DNA of 64,000 nucleotides from Chiloscyllium plagiosum (Eukaryota): the NCBI RefSeq assembly GCF_004010195.1, contig NC_057728.1:45479419-45543418 (forward strand), in the 5' to 3' direction. Position 1 is the first letter of the stretch. Every line of letters starts with the position of its first letter. Positions 25,683 to 38,991 of this stretch are shown here, one piece after another. The translations under genes and the position numbers were made by a program. The notes under the pieces were generated by a model. The model had not been told where the DNA came from. It ran no database searches and saw only the letters and a program-made list of their open reading frames with translations.

Positions 25683-26079
25683 TGTTGTGCAAAGCCAAAA
25701 AATGGTTTACAAGTGAGAGGCACTAAGGATGCAGCATGGTATTGCAGTGAGATTGTGGATGATGTGGCCATGTTTTTGAATGATGTTGTAGAAGATGTAA
25801 CATGGTTTGGGACTGAGGTTGTGGAGGATAAAGCATATTTTTGGAGATATGGTTATCTGAGTAGTGGGTGACTCCTTGAAAGTGATCCAGTCAGTAGAAT
25901 CCTTGTTTCCGAGTGATATTGGTCTGTCCTACAATGTTTTATGTGACAATATGGCATTTATTGTACACTCTGGTCACATATTTTGTTTAGTGGAATTGGG
26001 TTGTGTGTTCAGTGTGAAGTTGCTTGCTACCCAGCAAGCAAGCTAGCTTAACTGTGGAACAGCAGACTGCTGCAGTATA

Positions 26080-26300
26080 GAAGCATCCTGACTCCAAATC
26101 ATCCACATGGTCTGCCTGCTTCACTGATTGCAGAAGGAACAGAATTGACTCCCCTATCTTGGCAAGTAGGGCATCTGTTGTCTCTCTGATGGAGCAGTGG
26201 ATGATGAACTGTGAGATGTTACAGGAAATGTCCACTTCAGCCTGGATCCCAGCGCATAGAAATCTCAGTTGCACCCATTTTTATGGCCATGCCATTCTTG
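26080..26300 (-). mobile_element. PIF/Harbinger transposase N-terminal relic
   Basis: ORF 25987-26274: LRFLCAGIQAEVDISCNISQFIIHCSIRETTDALLAKIGESILF, resembling HARBI1-like LxFYAxG..ISQxxVHxxIxEVTDAL. Confidence 0.65.
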
Positions 26301-27264
26301 CCCTGCTCTGAGGCAGCAGATCTATTTTAAAGTGGTAACAGCTCTGTGAGCATATCCTCTGTAAAGCAAGATGATACACACACTATCTTAAGGGGTGATT
26401 CATATGTTAGATCAGCATCCACAGGGAGATCCAACACCAGGTCAGTTTCACTAGCTCAGCTTTCTCCAAGCAATGACATCAAGTAAGTTTGTTGAAAGTC
26501 AACTTGACTACATTCAAAATCATTCCATCAACAAGAATGATAGGAAGGATGAAGTAAAATTTTCAATTCTTATTTGTTAAAGAATATTGCTGAAGAAACA
26601 AGGTGCTCAGGGCAAACGTAATGATACCACCTTTCAAAGGGAATACCAATACATATTGCATGAGAAAAAGGTTCTAATTGGTTGACAAGTGGATAGTAAT
26701 TTCCAAGGAAAATGCAGAGGGAAAATCCTGAAGCTTTTACTTTAACATTCAAGAAAGGCAAAGTAATTCTGATTGGTCAAGGTATACCACCACGAATGGA
26801 CCAGTGTTCTCCAAACTATTAGTGCATTGAAAAAAATGCAATGCCAGAAAATATTCTTTTCCATCAGAGGATCAGGGATTCTGCATATAAATATGTTCAG
26901 CTTCTAGATTGTATCTGAAAGCCACATGATAAGCAAATTGAGAACCCTAAATTGGTTAATGGCACCACTATTGGCACAGTCTGTATTGTTCAATAAATAC
27001 TAGCCAGTTGTGGAATGACATTTAATTTTGGCACTATGTACTTAGTTTCAGAAGCATGGTCTGGGTGAATATGGCCAGTACATTACTTGTTGCAAATGCC
27101 TAAAGGGATACGCTGTTTGCTATGATCAGTCAGCCATTAGGATGTAAGGTCTATCTATGCAAATACCTTTTCAATGACGCAGAAATTCATATCCTAAATT
27201 ACTAATTTTTCTGGTAGGCAGACAGCGTTTTTAGCTTGGTAGCAGCAGCTTGTTAGTGAAGTGT

Positions 27265-27705
27265 CCAGGGCCATAAGAAACTACAGAAGGTTGTGTGCAC
27301 AGCCCAGACCATCACCTTCCATCCATGGACTCCATTTACACGACTTGTTGCCACTGAAAGGCTGCCAACATCATCAAAGACCCATCCCACCCTTGTAATG
27401 CTCTCCTGCAACCTCTTCCATCAAGTAGAAGATACAGAAGCTTGAACACATGAACCAGCAGGTTCAGGAACAGCTACCTTCTGGCCTTATTGAACCGATG
27501 AATGGACTCTCTAAGTTCAAATATTGCTAACGTTGATCTTGCCTAGTGCACACCCTGTGCAACATAACCTGTATGCTTATCTAAGTCTTATTTTCACCCT
27601 ATGTCTTTGCTTAGTATAATCTGCCTGTACTACTCATAAAAAAAGCTTTTCACTGCACTAACGTACATGTGACAATAAATAAATCAAATCAAATCAAATC
27701 AAATT
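27265..27705 (+). mobile_element. Rex1/Babar LINE 3' end with (AAATC)n tail
   Basis: KAANIIKDPSHP..LQPLPSSRRYRSLNT; aataaat(aaatc)4 at ~27674-27700. Confidence 0.85.
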
Positions 27706-27929
27706 AAATGTTTCTATTGCATAAGTGCAGGATTAAATAACTAGCTTGACCTCTGCCTCATATTTTGTAGACACTTTTATCCTTCAGATTGATTTTAACT
27801 AATCAGGATACTTGATTGAAAGTGGCAACCTCAGGTCTGTTCATGGCTTTGCATGATTTGAGGCGAGCAATGATCTAATCAGGGTAGTCAGTATGCTGCA
27901 CAATAGCTTTGATCTGGCTTATTTCAGCA

Positions 27930-28480
27930 TTGACCTTTCATGACAAGCAAATAGCTTGGGCCCTATTTATATGATTGTCAATAATGCAATCTTATAATGC
28001 ATGGAGCTGTAGGAATTCTAATACATACATTGACCAGTGAAGTTCAACTTGCAATAGACAGCAATAGAGAATCCATCAACAAATCTTTCAACAAGTACCT
28101 CAGAGAAGGGATTCTTTTTATGCTGAGCCATATTAAAGGAAGATTTGAGCACAGAATGGAACCCATTAAAGGTTGTATAGATATTCTCACATCTAGCTTC
28201 AGATTCCAAGATGGTGAATACTTCATCTAAATCAAAAGTTTGGAGAACACTCTTTGCTAGTGCATTTCCTGTGGCACATCTCAACTGAATCAGAAACTGA
28301 ATTTTTAAAAAAGCCAGGACCGTTGCTTTGACTAATCAGTCTTCACTTGCCAACTAATCAACCACCCTGTTCCTCATGCAATATAAATTATTGTTCTCTT
28401 TGAAAGTTAGTATTCTTTTTGTCTGTCCTGATGAATGAAAGATGAAAAGCTTCAACAGCATGTTGCTTTTACTCATGTCC
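27930..28480 (+). mobile_element. Old Penelope-like 3' end, family E
   Basis: Possible YIDQ (YIGQ-like) remnant at ~28025 and a terminal hammerhead motif. Confidence 0.4.
28423..28458 (+). ncRNA. Hammerhead-like motif, family E
   Basis: ctgtc-CTGATGA-atgaaagat-GAAA-AGCT-TC-aacag; stem I pairs 4 of 5, stem III is the palindrome AAGCTT, stem II is weak. Confidence 0.55.
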
Positions 28481-29576
28481 AGTACAATCGAGTGACGATT
28501 CATTGATTTTGGCTAATCAGTGCATAGTTAATCAGCAGAAAGGGCATTTCTACAATTCTTAATGTAATTATAAAAAGAAGAAATGCACATGTAACAAGTT
28601 GGAAATGCTTTGCTTATGATTTCTAAATGTTTGTTTGATACCCTTGAATGTTCTTAAATTAATTCCTTTACAAATGAAGGCTTAAGTTTCAATCCATTAT
28701 ATCATGATGAATTTTCTGCTGAAATGTCCTCATTTTAAAAAAAAGGCAAGCCCTGATACTTTTGATTCCTGTTACAAATTCATTACAATTTGTTCTAGAA
28801 AGTCGCACAGATTTCAGTAATGAAGGAGAAACGGTATCTTGGTCTTTTTTGTAGAATAATAGGATTAGGAAACTGAAGCTGCATATAGAATTAGAAGTCA
28901 GGAGTCAAAATGTTGTCATTTATTAAAATTAGTATTTTGAAAATATCACTTAGATTTTCCTTGGGTTTTGACAAGATCTTTATGAGTAATCCATTTAATA
29001 CATGAGGATTGAATACGCTGAAGCTTTCTAGGTATAAGAAATTGCATGATTATATGAGGGACAGTTGAGAATCTAACCTTAACAATATGGAACAATGTGG
29101 CTGCAAGGAACTGAGATAAGAGGGCCTTCATCACTTGTATGAAAAATTAACTGGGAGTTGAGGGCTTGGGTTGTGGTTTCCTTCAGCAGGAGTCTTCCAC
29201 TTTTGCATGTGGCAATAAAATTCCAATCTCGTACATGAATGTCACTTTCAAATTCTGCTGGAGCACTCTGAACACATCCAGCTGCAAGCAGCACTCAGGC
29301 CTTAGCAACTTTCAGCCAATCCTTCTTCCTGAAAATGTGATGATGTGAGGAGAGACAGGCATAAGAAGCGAGAATCAAAAGGAATCTCAATCACTCCATT
29401 ACTAAACTGCTCCCCATTACTGCAGGAAGTCTTTGTGTACCAAGCAGAGTTCAAAGCCTGTCTGCAGCAATGGGAAGGACCCATGCAGTCAAGATGAACA
29501 GAAACATACACTGAGGAATGAATCCATGCTCGGTTATATCTGAGAGATGCTTCACAATCACAAATGAAGCAATGAA

Positions 29577-29615
29577 CTATGTTTTGAAGAAACATTGTGG
29601 CTCCGTTCTATCAAA
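29577..29615 (-). CDS. Speculative terminal exon of the minus-strand gene (FDRTEPQCFFKT*)
   Basis: Acceptor catttttatag, phase 0 compatible with the exon at 55674-55857, repeat-free downstream sequence and a minus-strand AATAAA at 28919-28924. Confidence 0.2.
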   Translation of the reverse strand, partial: FDRTEPQCFFKT

Positions 29616-29869
29616 CTATAAAAATGTTTTTCTAGAAAACTGCTAGATAAAGTCCCTGTTTTCTTTCATAAGAATTACCAATGTATAAAATATAACCCAT
29701 AGATGTGGAGCTAAAATTAAGCATGAAGCTGGGAAAGTTGAAAGGAAATTCAGAATTCTAATTTAACGCACTGAATGTTAATTAGGTTTATTTTCAGTGT
29801 TGTCTAATGCATATCAGGAATTCTAGATTGTATCTTACGAGAAGCCATTGGAGTGCTATTGTTCATATA

Positions 29870-30011
29870 TTCGTCACACTGGAAACTTTTGCTTTAAATT
29901 CTGTGTCTTACAATTGTGTCCTCCACAACCACCTGATGAAGGAGCGTTCCGAAAGCTAGTGCTTCCAATTAAACCTGTTGGACTATAACCTGGTGTTGTG
30001 TGATTTTTAAC
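29870..30011 (+). mobile_element. Family C Penelope pLTR mini-insertion
   Basis: 12-bp TSD att(g/a)ttcatata at 29858-29869 and 30012-30023. Confidence 0.8.
29927..29964 (+). ncRNA. Minimal hammerhead ribozyme, family C, all core residues present
   Basis: aaccac-CTGATGA-A-GGA gcgt TCC-GAAA-GC-TA-gtgctt; stem I cac/gtg extended by aa/tt. Confidence 0.75.
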
Positions 30012-31782
30012 ATTATTCATATAGTGTTTCATCATACGCTTCCTTATGAATATTCTTGTGTAACAACTTATCGTTTTGGGGTTTTGACAGGTAATAACAG
30101 AGCAGCTTTAGTCTGATGCTCAATTACTTATAATAAGCAAGAATTTCTGCAGCTTTAAATATGTCATTATTTTTGGAAAAGAAAAATAATGCTTTGTTAC
30201 TGCCAAACTAAAAGTTGAGTGAGCTGAGTTTTCCACTCCATTGCCTATCAGCTAATTAGCAAAGATTGACAGGACATTAGAAGAACACAGCATGACTGTT
30301 CAAACTTTAGCCAGTCTTATCGGGAAACTGGAGACAAGCTGTGGAGAAGGCAGACTGGTGTTTACTAAAGGCCTGTGTAAACAGGAGAAACAGTAGCACA
30401 TGTCTCAATTTTAGTAGCAATTATACTCTTAACTTGCTAAGATTCACACAGGCCAGTGTAAATTGCTGCACAATACCTGCTTCTCATTAAAATGTTTTGA
30501 GAAGAGGAGAGTGGATGGCCCCACAGCCTCTCAATACGCACACACATCTTTTTTTCTCTGGGAAACAAAAATGCCTGGATTTGTGTTACAGATTCCATTT
30601 CGCACTGTTAAAGTTTGTCACTGCAGAACTAGGCATTTAAATGTTTGTCAATGACACAGAGTAAAATATATTCGTTTTAGATTTTGAAACTTCACTTGGC
30701 ATCAAAATCAATGACTTTAGCACTTAGGAAACTGGAATGCAATTCCAATTTTATCCACCTAATCCTCAAATAATGGCTGAAGCTCTAACTGCACTCCAGT
30801 GTGGGGAATAATGGGGAATAACTACATAAATCCACCTCTTCATCAATATATGGGTACCATATAAAGGTCCATACATAATGAGGAATATGATACAGACTGC
30901 TCGGAATAACTGCATTGCAAGAGAAAGCGGATATTTCCTCTTCCAGGACCTATTAATTTGGCAGCTTTGTGGTAAACACAGGTACAGACCCACCACAAAA
31001 GCAGTGAGATCAAATTCAGCCGTACTAATCCTCTTGTATTGATAAGATCATGAGAGCATGCATACAGATGCATACCAACCACGAGATCACTAGATAATTG
31101 GATACAGACCACCAGATGATTGCAATGGAACTAGAGGCTCCTTACTTGACTGTCAAGCATTTAAAAGTAACATAAAATCACTTAATTTTGCAGTAATTGC
31201 TGCAGTCACAGACAGTGGACATGGCTGGCACTTCTCAAAATAGTATTAAAAACAATCATAGTACTCATATCATGCAGAAGATTATTAATATATAAACTAT
31301 AGTCTGGTCAGCATAGAAAACTGAGCAGTCAGGATTGCACATTAGCTACAGAGCCTGTTCAATGTCCCTTCAGCTAATGGGAATCAGGTGTACTTTTGGT
31401 ATCGACATTTGATCAATCCTTCAGATCGATATTGCTGCACTTTGCCCATTTTATCTCTGTATGCCATCATAAAAACTTAGACTAAGCCCAAGCCTTCCCT
31501 GCTCCAAAGTTTACAAGTGGTTTGCCTCGTTTCTGTTTTGATAGCACCAATCCAAACCCAAGTGGTGTACTTGATTGCACACAATCAATCCTCCATAGCT
31601 GCATTCTAGAAGATGTGCAGCTACAATCACCAAGTCTCTTTCAACTACACTTTCCAAACCCATGACCTCTCACTCCTACAAGTACAACAGAAGGTAGGTT
31701 TATGGGAACACTGGAATTTGCAAATTTCTGTTCAACTGGAATTTGGGGAAGTTAGTGATTATATCTTTGGGATAGTCTATAT

Positions 31783-32282
31783 NNNNNNNNNNNNNNNNNN
31801 NNNNNNNNNNNNNNNNNNNNNNNNNNNNNNNNNNNNNNNNNNNNNNNNNNNNNNNNNNNNNNNNNNNNNNNNNNNNNNNNNNNNNNNNNNNNNNNNNNNN
31901 NNNNNNNNNNNNNNNNNNNNNNNNNNNNNNNNNNNNNNNNNNNNNNNNNNNNNNNNNNNNNNNNNNNNNNNNNNNNNNNNNNNNNNNNNNNNNNNNNNNN
32001 NNNNNNNNNNNNNNNNNNNNNNNNNNNNNNNNNNNNNNNNNNNNNNNNNNNNNNNNNNNNNNNNNNNNNNNNNNNNNNNNNNNNNNNNNNNNNNNNNNNN
32101 NNNNNNNNNNNNNNNNNNNNNNNNNNNNNNNNNNNNNNNNNNNNNNNNNNNNNNNNNNNNNNNNNNNNNNNNNNNNNNNNNNNNNNNNNNNNNNNNNNNN
32201 NNNNNNNNNNNNNNNNNNNNNNNNNNNNNNNNNNNNNNNNNNNNNNNNNNNNNNNNNNNNNNNNNNNNNNNNNNNNNNNNNN
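31783..32282. other. Assembly gap (500 N)
   Basis: Run of N. Confidence 1.
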
Positions 32283-33059
32283 TGGGAGCTTATCACTTGG
32301 AATAGGAAGATAGTGCTATCTTTCAGGTTCTTAGGGAGTCCGGTTAAGTCTTAATTAAAACTTTATAAATGTAGAGACTTATATCGCATAACAATGTAGG
32401 AATTGCAGCCTGTACAACAGGAATTGGATTCATCCCAGTAAGTAGCTTAAAAGCTGTTTTCAATCCACCAATGTTAACATTTTATTGGCATTTTGAGCCT
32501 ACACTAAGAAATGTGAATTTGAATTACTCTAAGACTTTTTGAACTAACTGTCAGTTTTTCACTGTTTAGTGGTCTTAAATTTACTACTTGACGCACATTG
32601 CCAAATATTTATCAATTTCTACCGTGATCAGTGTCAGTTGATTAAGTGACTGTAAGATACAGATATTAAAACTGCTTTTTTTTCTTAATAGCTTAGGGAG
32701 TGTGCATCTGCTTTGCATGGTGTTGTAGGTTATTGCAAGTAGACTTGACTTCCTGTTCAACTCAGATGGGGATCTGCATTGCACATTAAGGAGAGAATCT
32801 ATCCTTTTGTTCATAGGAGGAGGGTGTATTTAATTCAGTGGTAAATTGAGCAGCCAGGAAGTAGACATGTGTTTTTGATCCCTACCAATACAATATCAAG
32901 CCATATATCTAAGTTGAGCCTCCCTTGATTCAGTGTTTGTGTTAAACGGGACAAAAGTGCAGCCAATGCTGAGCTTTATATGAGCTATCTGGGCTGCAGT
33001 TATCATACGATCTCTCTAGTTTTATGCGTCCTTCTCCAGGAAGGGTTTGAAGGATTCTA

Positions 33060-33640
33060 AAAACATTTATTGGCATGAGATATTTTGCCAATTGGGGAAG
33101 ACTAGAGAGATTCACAGTTTTTGAGTTCAATGGAGAGATTAAGAAGGGACTTAGTTAAACTATTTAAAGTTGATAAAAACTTTTGCTGAGGTAAATAAAT
33201 AAAATTTACATGTATTAGTCTTTGTGTTGGTAATTAAGGGTATAAATTAATTTTACCCACAAGTTTTCAAGGACATGTCATGTCCTACAAGAAACAGTGA
33301 TGGAGGCAAAGTTTGTATTAGTGTTTGTTCAATAAAAAGTTTCAGGCAACACTTTTAGGGAAAAGAATGTTGGGAGTGGGGGTAAAGGACTGAGATGAGG
33401 AAATATTTGTTCACTCAGAGGGTAATAAAATTGTGTAATTCTCCACCATATAATGCTATGGAAGCCATGTCACTGAATATATTCAAGAAAAAAAGTGATA
33501 AATGTTCAGATATTAAAGGCATGAAGGAGTATGGAGAGAAAGCAGAAATATGATATTGAGTTGAGGATAAACCATGATATCATTGAATGGCAAAGCAGGT
33601 TCAAGGGCTAAATGACCTACTTCTGCTCCTAGTTTCTAGG
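33060..33640 (+). mobile_element. Decayed CR1 3' ends
   Basis: gagatgaggaaatatttgttcactcagagggt...cctacttctgctcctagtttct. Confidence 0.7.
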
Positions 33641-33829
33641 TAAAGGCCAGAGTAAATACATTAATTGCTTGATTTCTTTTTTTATAAACCTCATTCCATG
33701 CTTTAACATTCTGTACAATAGTCCAGCTTGATTGTGAAGAAGTTACATTCAACTCAACGCCATGGTCAAGGGATGACACAGCTTAAGGTATCAGGAAGAA
33801 TGATCCAAACATGTGGTTTTTAAAAAAAT

Positions 33830-34160
33830 AATCGTGGGACATAGCCAGTATTTAGTGTCCAACCCTAATTGTCTAGAAGGTAGTTAAGAGTTATCCACAT
33901 TGCTGTGTGTCTGGAATCAGGATGTGTGTCTAGAATCAGGTAAGGATGGCAAATATTTATTCCTGAGAGGGCATTAGTAAATGAAATGAACTTTTCTGAA
34001 AGTTGTTTAATGATCATCTTTAGACCCTTAATTGCAAATTTTTATTGAATTCAGACTTCACAATCTGCCATTATAGGATTTGAGCTCATACATCCAGGAT
34101 ATTACCTGGGTGTCTGGATTAATAGACTAGTGGTAATACCACTAGACCATTACCTCCCCA
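33830..34160 (-). mobile_element. Old tRNA-head SINE-like repeat
   Basis: Reverse complement similar to 2812-3290. Confidence 0.6.
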
Positions 34161-35539
34161 TTCAGAAATGCAAATTTATTGGTTGCTCCTTCCTAACTTG
34201 GCACCTATGTTAGAGGTAAAAGTAACTGTTGCAAGTTATCAATTACAGGAATGTAGCCTTTTGTCTGAAATCATATACAACTTTTGTATTCCTTATTCTT
34301 TAATGTTACGTAACATTCTTCAGTCTTTCTTTCCTTTCCAAATGAAGTAATTCAAAGAACTGCTTTTCTCAAAAAGTTTAAATCTTTCAGTCTACAAAAT
34401 GAAAATCAGTCATGACCTTCTTAAAAGCTTTTGTGTGTCAAGTAGATGTATTTCAGAAATGAATTCTGGTACATATTGACCTCAATTGCCTGTCATCGTA
34501 AATGCAGTATTTAGATAAGAGCACTGCAGAGAATCTACCGTGCTGTATGAAACTGAAGTCGATATGCACTCTAATCTGTCTGGAAACTCACATATTTGTG
34601 TGACAAGTGTAGTTCCCTCCATTGAACTGTTATCATGTTCAAATTGTAAATCTCACAGCAACTAATGGAATGCCGACATTATATGTTGTTGTACCAGGGG
34701 CTTATTCTTTGGTTGAGAACTGCCTCCAGAATGCTGAAATGGCCAGACATGCATAACTTAAGTTCTACAACTTGAAAAGTTGTAAATCCTATTGAAAATG
34801 AATTAATAGAGCAGACTGCAGAGAAAGCAATAAAATTCCATTGATGGTATCGGTAGATTTAGGACCAAACAACTTTCATTTTCCCTGTGGAACTCAAATA
34901 AAGTAAGAATTCATTTGAGGGTGAAAGTTTGGAAATGATAAGACGTAAACAACAAAAAGCTTAAATAATGTTTTTTTTTTCTTTTTGGAAGTAAGGGCAA
35001 TATTATTTAATCTTAAGTAATATTTTTGAAGACTTCTTATTTTCATATCTACTAAGTCTTTCTCTTTTTTTAGTTACTGTTCTGAACTTGCCTAAAGCTA
35101 TTACTATTTATGATTTACTTAACCTGCGATATTTTCAGCTTTGTATTTTTTCTATGAAGAATGCCAACTGCATTTGACTGAAACTGGATGTTGTGCAAAT
35201 CTGTTGATATCACCCAGCTGAGTTTTGACAGTGTCTGACCAGATTTCCAGATTGCACAGTGCCTTACAATTGTGACTTTTTGGACCAGATTGCCTTAATT
35301 TCTTTGGCAAAGTTCTCTGTATTAGTGGTGAGTGTGGTCAAAGATTAGGGTTAGATCTACATAGATCTTCTGAAGAAATTAATTGCAGGATTTGCGTCCC
35401 TAATTCTTTCAAGCTTTCAGGCCTTGCTGGAAACATTGAAATATGAGATCATGCCCAAATGGTGTCATTCCCTTAATTGTCTCTGAAATGTGGTTGCTGG
35501 GATAAATGTGATTTCCTCAGGCCCAGCATTCACAGTCAG

Positions 35540-36170
35540 GGAATCACAGAATTGCTATGGAGCAGAAAGAGGCTATTTGGCCCATCATGTTTGCACCTGC
35601 TCTCTGAACATTTAGACTACATGTCAATGTCCTGCTGTTTCTCTGTAATCCTGAATAATGCATCTACTTGAATAATCATTCAATGTCATCTTGAATGTCT
35701 CAAATGAACTTGTCTTTCAGGCAGGGGCAGTCCAGACCCTAACTGCGTACTGTTTGAGAAAGATGTTTCTCACCTTGCATTTGCTTCTTTTGCAAAATGC
35801 TTTCCTTACTCTCGAATTTTGGATCTTCCTACAAATGGGAACAGCTTCTCCATGAGTATACTTACTAGACTCTTCATGATTTTGAAAACTTCTATTAAAT
35901 CGCTACTCAGCTTCCTTCTCTCCAAGGCAAACAGTTCCAATTTTGCCAACCTATTGGCATCATTGAAGTTTCTCTTTGCTTCTCGTCAACCTCTTCTGCA
36001 CTCTATCCAATGCTTTGCATTTTTTTTAGAGCATGATATCCAGGAATGTACTCAATGGTCCACCTGATAGCTAACTAAAAGTCCTTAGTAAGTTTAGTCC
36101 AATCATCCTGTTCTTGCCTCTGTTAATGAAGGCTAGAGAATGTATACTGTACTAATTGCTCTTTGTCCTT
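35540..36170 (-). mobile_element. Decayed CR1 3' portion
   Basis: Reverse complement shows CR1 3' UTR and EVFKIMK-type motifs. Confidence 0.7.
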
Positions 36171-36364
36171 TCAACAAAAGAACTCGCAGAGACAGTTTGG
36201 AAGGAAATGATGAATGAGGACAGCTACTTCTCTACATAGGAGGAAGGAAAAGAGATTCAGGTACTTTCTTTTTTGTCCAAATGTGAGGTTAGAGCAACTT
36301 GTCTAGAACAACTGAAGAGGATCTTACTAAATGGAGGACTCCTGAATTCAAAACAAATGATCAA

Positions 36365-36370
<6 letters not shown>

Positions 36371-36396
<26 letters not shown>
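36371..36396 (+). repeat. (AC)13 microsatellite
   Basis: Direct reading. Confidence 0.95.
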
Positions 36397-37039
36397 CTCC
36401 TTTTCAGAATCAACCTCCCCGTTTCATCCCAATTTATGTCCATGAGATTCTTCTAAACCCTCTGCTCTAACTTCTATTGTCCACAGCCCCTAGCTACACG
36501 AAGTTCCACTATTGTTTTAAATTTATTTCTGGAGGGGGGCTGACCAGCAAAGTGCAGATGAAGTCCATGATTTTTTAGACTGAGGCCCTCAAAATTAGGT
36601 CTGCACTTGAAGTTACACATTTATCCCAACATCAGCCTCCCAGTCCAAAACCAACTGGGGGTTAAAAATTGACTCACAGCACAGTTCAGTAATTTAAATT
36701 AGCATTTAAACTTTCTTTTCATTAACAAAGTCAAAACCTGTAACTAAAAACAAGCTAGATCTATGAGCTGGCATCTGAAATAGCAAAATTTGTAGTTCAC
36801 TTGAAAGACTTGGCTCAGAACTATTCTGAGTCACTGATTCAAGGCTGTTTACAGATCTTAAGCAGCACAAACCATTACATTATATGAAATTACTGCATTT
36901 TAGCAAAGAAATAACATTAAGAACCTCAATCCAACCTAGTTTTATACCATTGACATTGTGCTGCGAGCTGAAGATGTCTGTTAACTCATCCTTCCTTTTG
37001 ATTCTTGTCAGCAAATATTTTGTCATGAAAATATTCAGT

Positions 37040-37720
37040 TTAAATAGATTAAGGTGCTGAGAGCTACCTCATACTCAAATGACTCAAGAGCTCATTACCA
37101 GTGGAGACACAGGAATAATTGCCCTACATATACTTAGCACAAATAAGGTCAGGATATTAGAACAACAGCATCAAATGCCACATTCGCAATATCTCCAGTT
37201 GTTCAGCATCAATGGCAACACCTTGGCTATACAGGAAGGCCAAAGGCCTTCAATGACAAGTGGCTTACATTTTCACTGCTCAAAGCCTGTTTATTCTCTA
37301 CAAATCTGAAGATAAAAGTACAATGAAATATTTGCAACTTGGATCACTGGTTGTAGCAACAAAAAAAAGTCAAGAAACTATGATTAACAACTATTCCACA
37401 AGTTTCAAAATTCACTCCATCAATATTTTGTAAGTCTATGGAATCCAATACAGCAACTTACTGAGGTTCATTCAAAAGCACCTAGCCTTGAGACTACTGT
37501 CATTGGAAGAAATGAAGACAACAACATGAAAGGAATTCCTGAACTTTAGGTTCTTCTTCAAGTGACTTACAATCCTAATTTGGACTGTGTCATAATTCCG
37601 TCATCATCGCAGGGCCAAAATCCTGATATTTCCTCATCAGTGTTTTTGTTGCAGTATCTTTATCACAAGGAATATAGTAGAAATAAAGTTTCAAAGGGAG
37701 GCCCACCACTAAATTCTCAG
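37040..37720 (+). mobile_element. Ancient CR1/L2-type relic
   Basis: Degenerate ctctacaaatctgaagataaaagtacaatgaaatatt; the 3' part resembles the reverse complement of 61380-61760. Confidence 0.45.
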
Positions 37721-38654
37721 ATTCTCAGTGCAGTAGAATGGAATGTGCACCTAGTGATGGCATAGCTGATGACCCTACTCTGACATCAATAGAGCAGATC
37801 AGAAAAAGAAATCAGACTAGACAAATTAGAAGGAGTATGTAAAGAGAGAAGTTTTGGGACAACACTAGAGATTTGTATTCAGTGATCTGTATTGCTTTGA
37901 TATAAAGAAAGGGTGTAACTGCACTGATGGATTCAGACTGCATCACTCTACAATAAGAGTGGAAAATGGATGCTAAAGACCAAGAAAATTGGTTAAGTAG
38001 GAAAGCTTGCATCTTCTAAAAGTGTATATGTACATACCCAGAGCTCAGAGATACTGAAGAGCAATATTGAACAATGCTAGTAGTGGTGTTAGCCAAAAAC
38101 ATAGAATAAGGAAATCCAGGTTAAGCAGTAAATGTAGCCATGTTTGCATCAGATGCAACATGAGAACACGCAAGTGGGGGTGAATTAACAAAGGTCTTTA
38201 ATATTATGAAAGGATTCAGATCGATACATATAGAGATGATGGGCTGGTACTTTCCTTGGCAAGTGTCACTTACTTGGAGGTGTTTTCACTACATGGCCTA
38301 GTGAGATTTCTTGCCATAACTTACCAAGCTCACCTCTTTAACTGCCACTCTATGAGGGCCTTCTTGTCTCATTCTAGCTCCATCTTGCTGCATGTTATTA
38401 CTGGAAGAATTCACCACCCAATGAGTATCCACTAAAGACCGGCATCGCTTGTGCCTGTGCCACCTTTAAAAAATTGCTGTGCATTTGAATGTGAGTTGCC
38501 AATGCTGTATTACTTCTCAGAAGCAACACAATGGCTCAGCAAACTCAAAGCCATGCTGATCATGACACACATCCAGCAAGGCTGACACTCCCTTGCACAT
38601 ATAATCCATTTCTCTCAAGCTAGTTGCTTTTAACCACGATTCCACACAGTTTAA

Positions 38655-38991
38655 GGGTGGCATGGTGGTTCAGCGGTTAGCACTGCTGTCTCCTAGCACC
38701 AGAGATCCAAGTTCAACCCCGAGCGACTGTCTGTTTGGAGTTTGCATATTCTCGTCGTGTCTATGTGGGGTTCCTCTGGGTGCTCTGGTTTCCTTCTACA
38801 ATCCGAAGATGTGCAGGTTAGGTGAATTGGCCATGCTAAATTGTCCACAGTGTTCAGCGATGAGTAGGTTAGGTGTATTAGTGAGGGGTAAATATAGGAT
38901 AATAGGGGGGTGAATGGGTCTGGGTGGGTTGCTTTTTGGAGGGTCGGTGTGGACTTGTTGGGCTGAAGGGCCTGTTTCCACACTGTAGGGA
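38655..38991 (+). mobile_element. HE1-type V-SINE
   Basis: tRNA-like head (tggttcagcgg, gttcaaccc), V-core gtttgcatattctc...ggtttcc and LINE-like tail gaagggcctgtttccacactgtaggga. Confidence 0.9.

Noticed and set aside
30766..31112. Overlapping minus-strand ORFs in unique DNA
   Set aside because: No convincing splice sites or recognisable protein features.
31613..32305. Long ORFs spanning the first gap
   Set aside because: Artefacts of translating N.
38655..38730. tRNA gene (also 49230-49300 and 63075-63130)
   Set aside because: These are tRNA-derived SINE heads continuous with the V-core and LINE tail.
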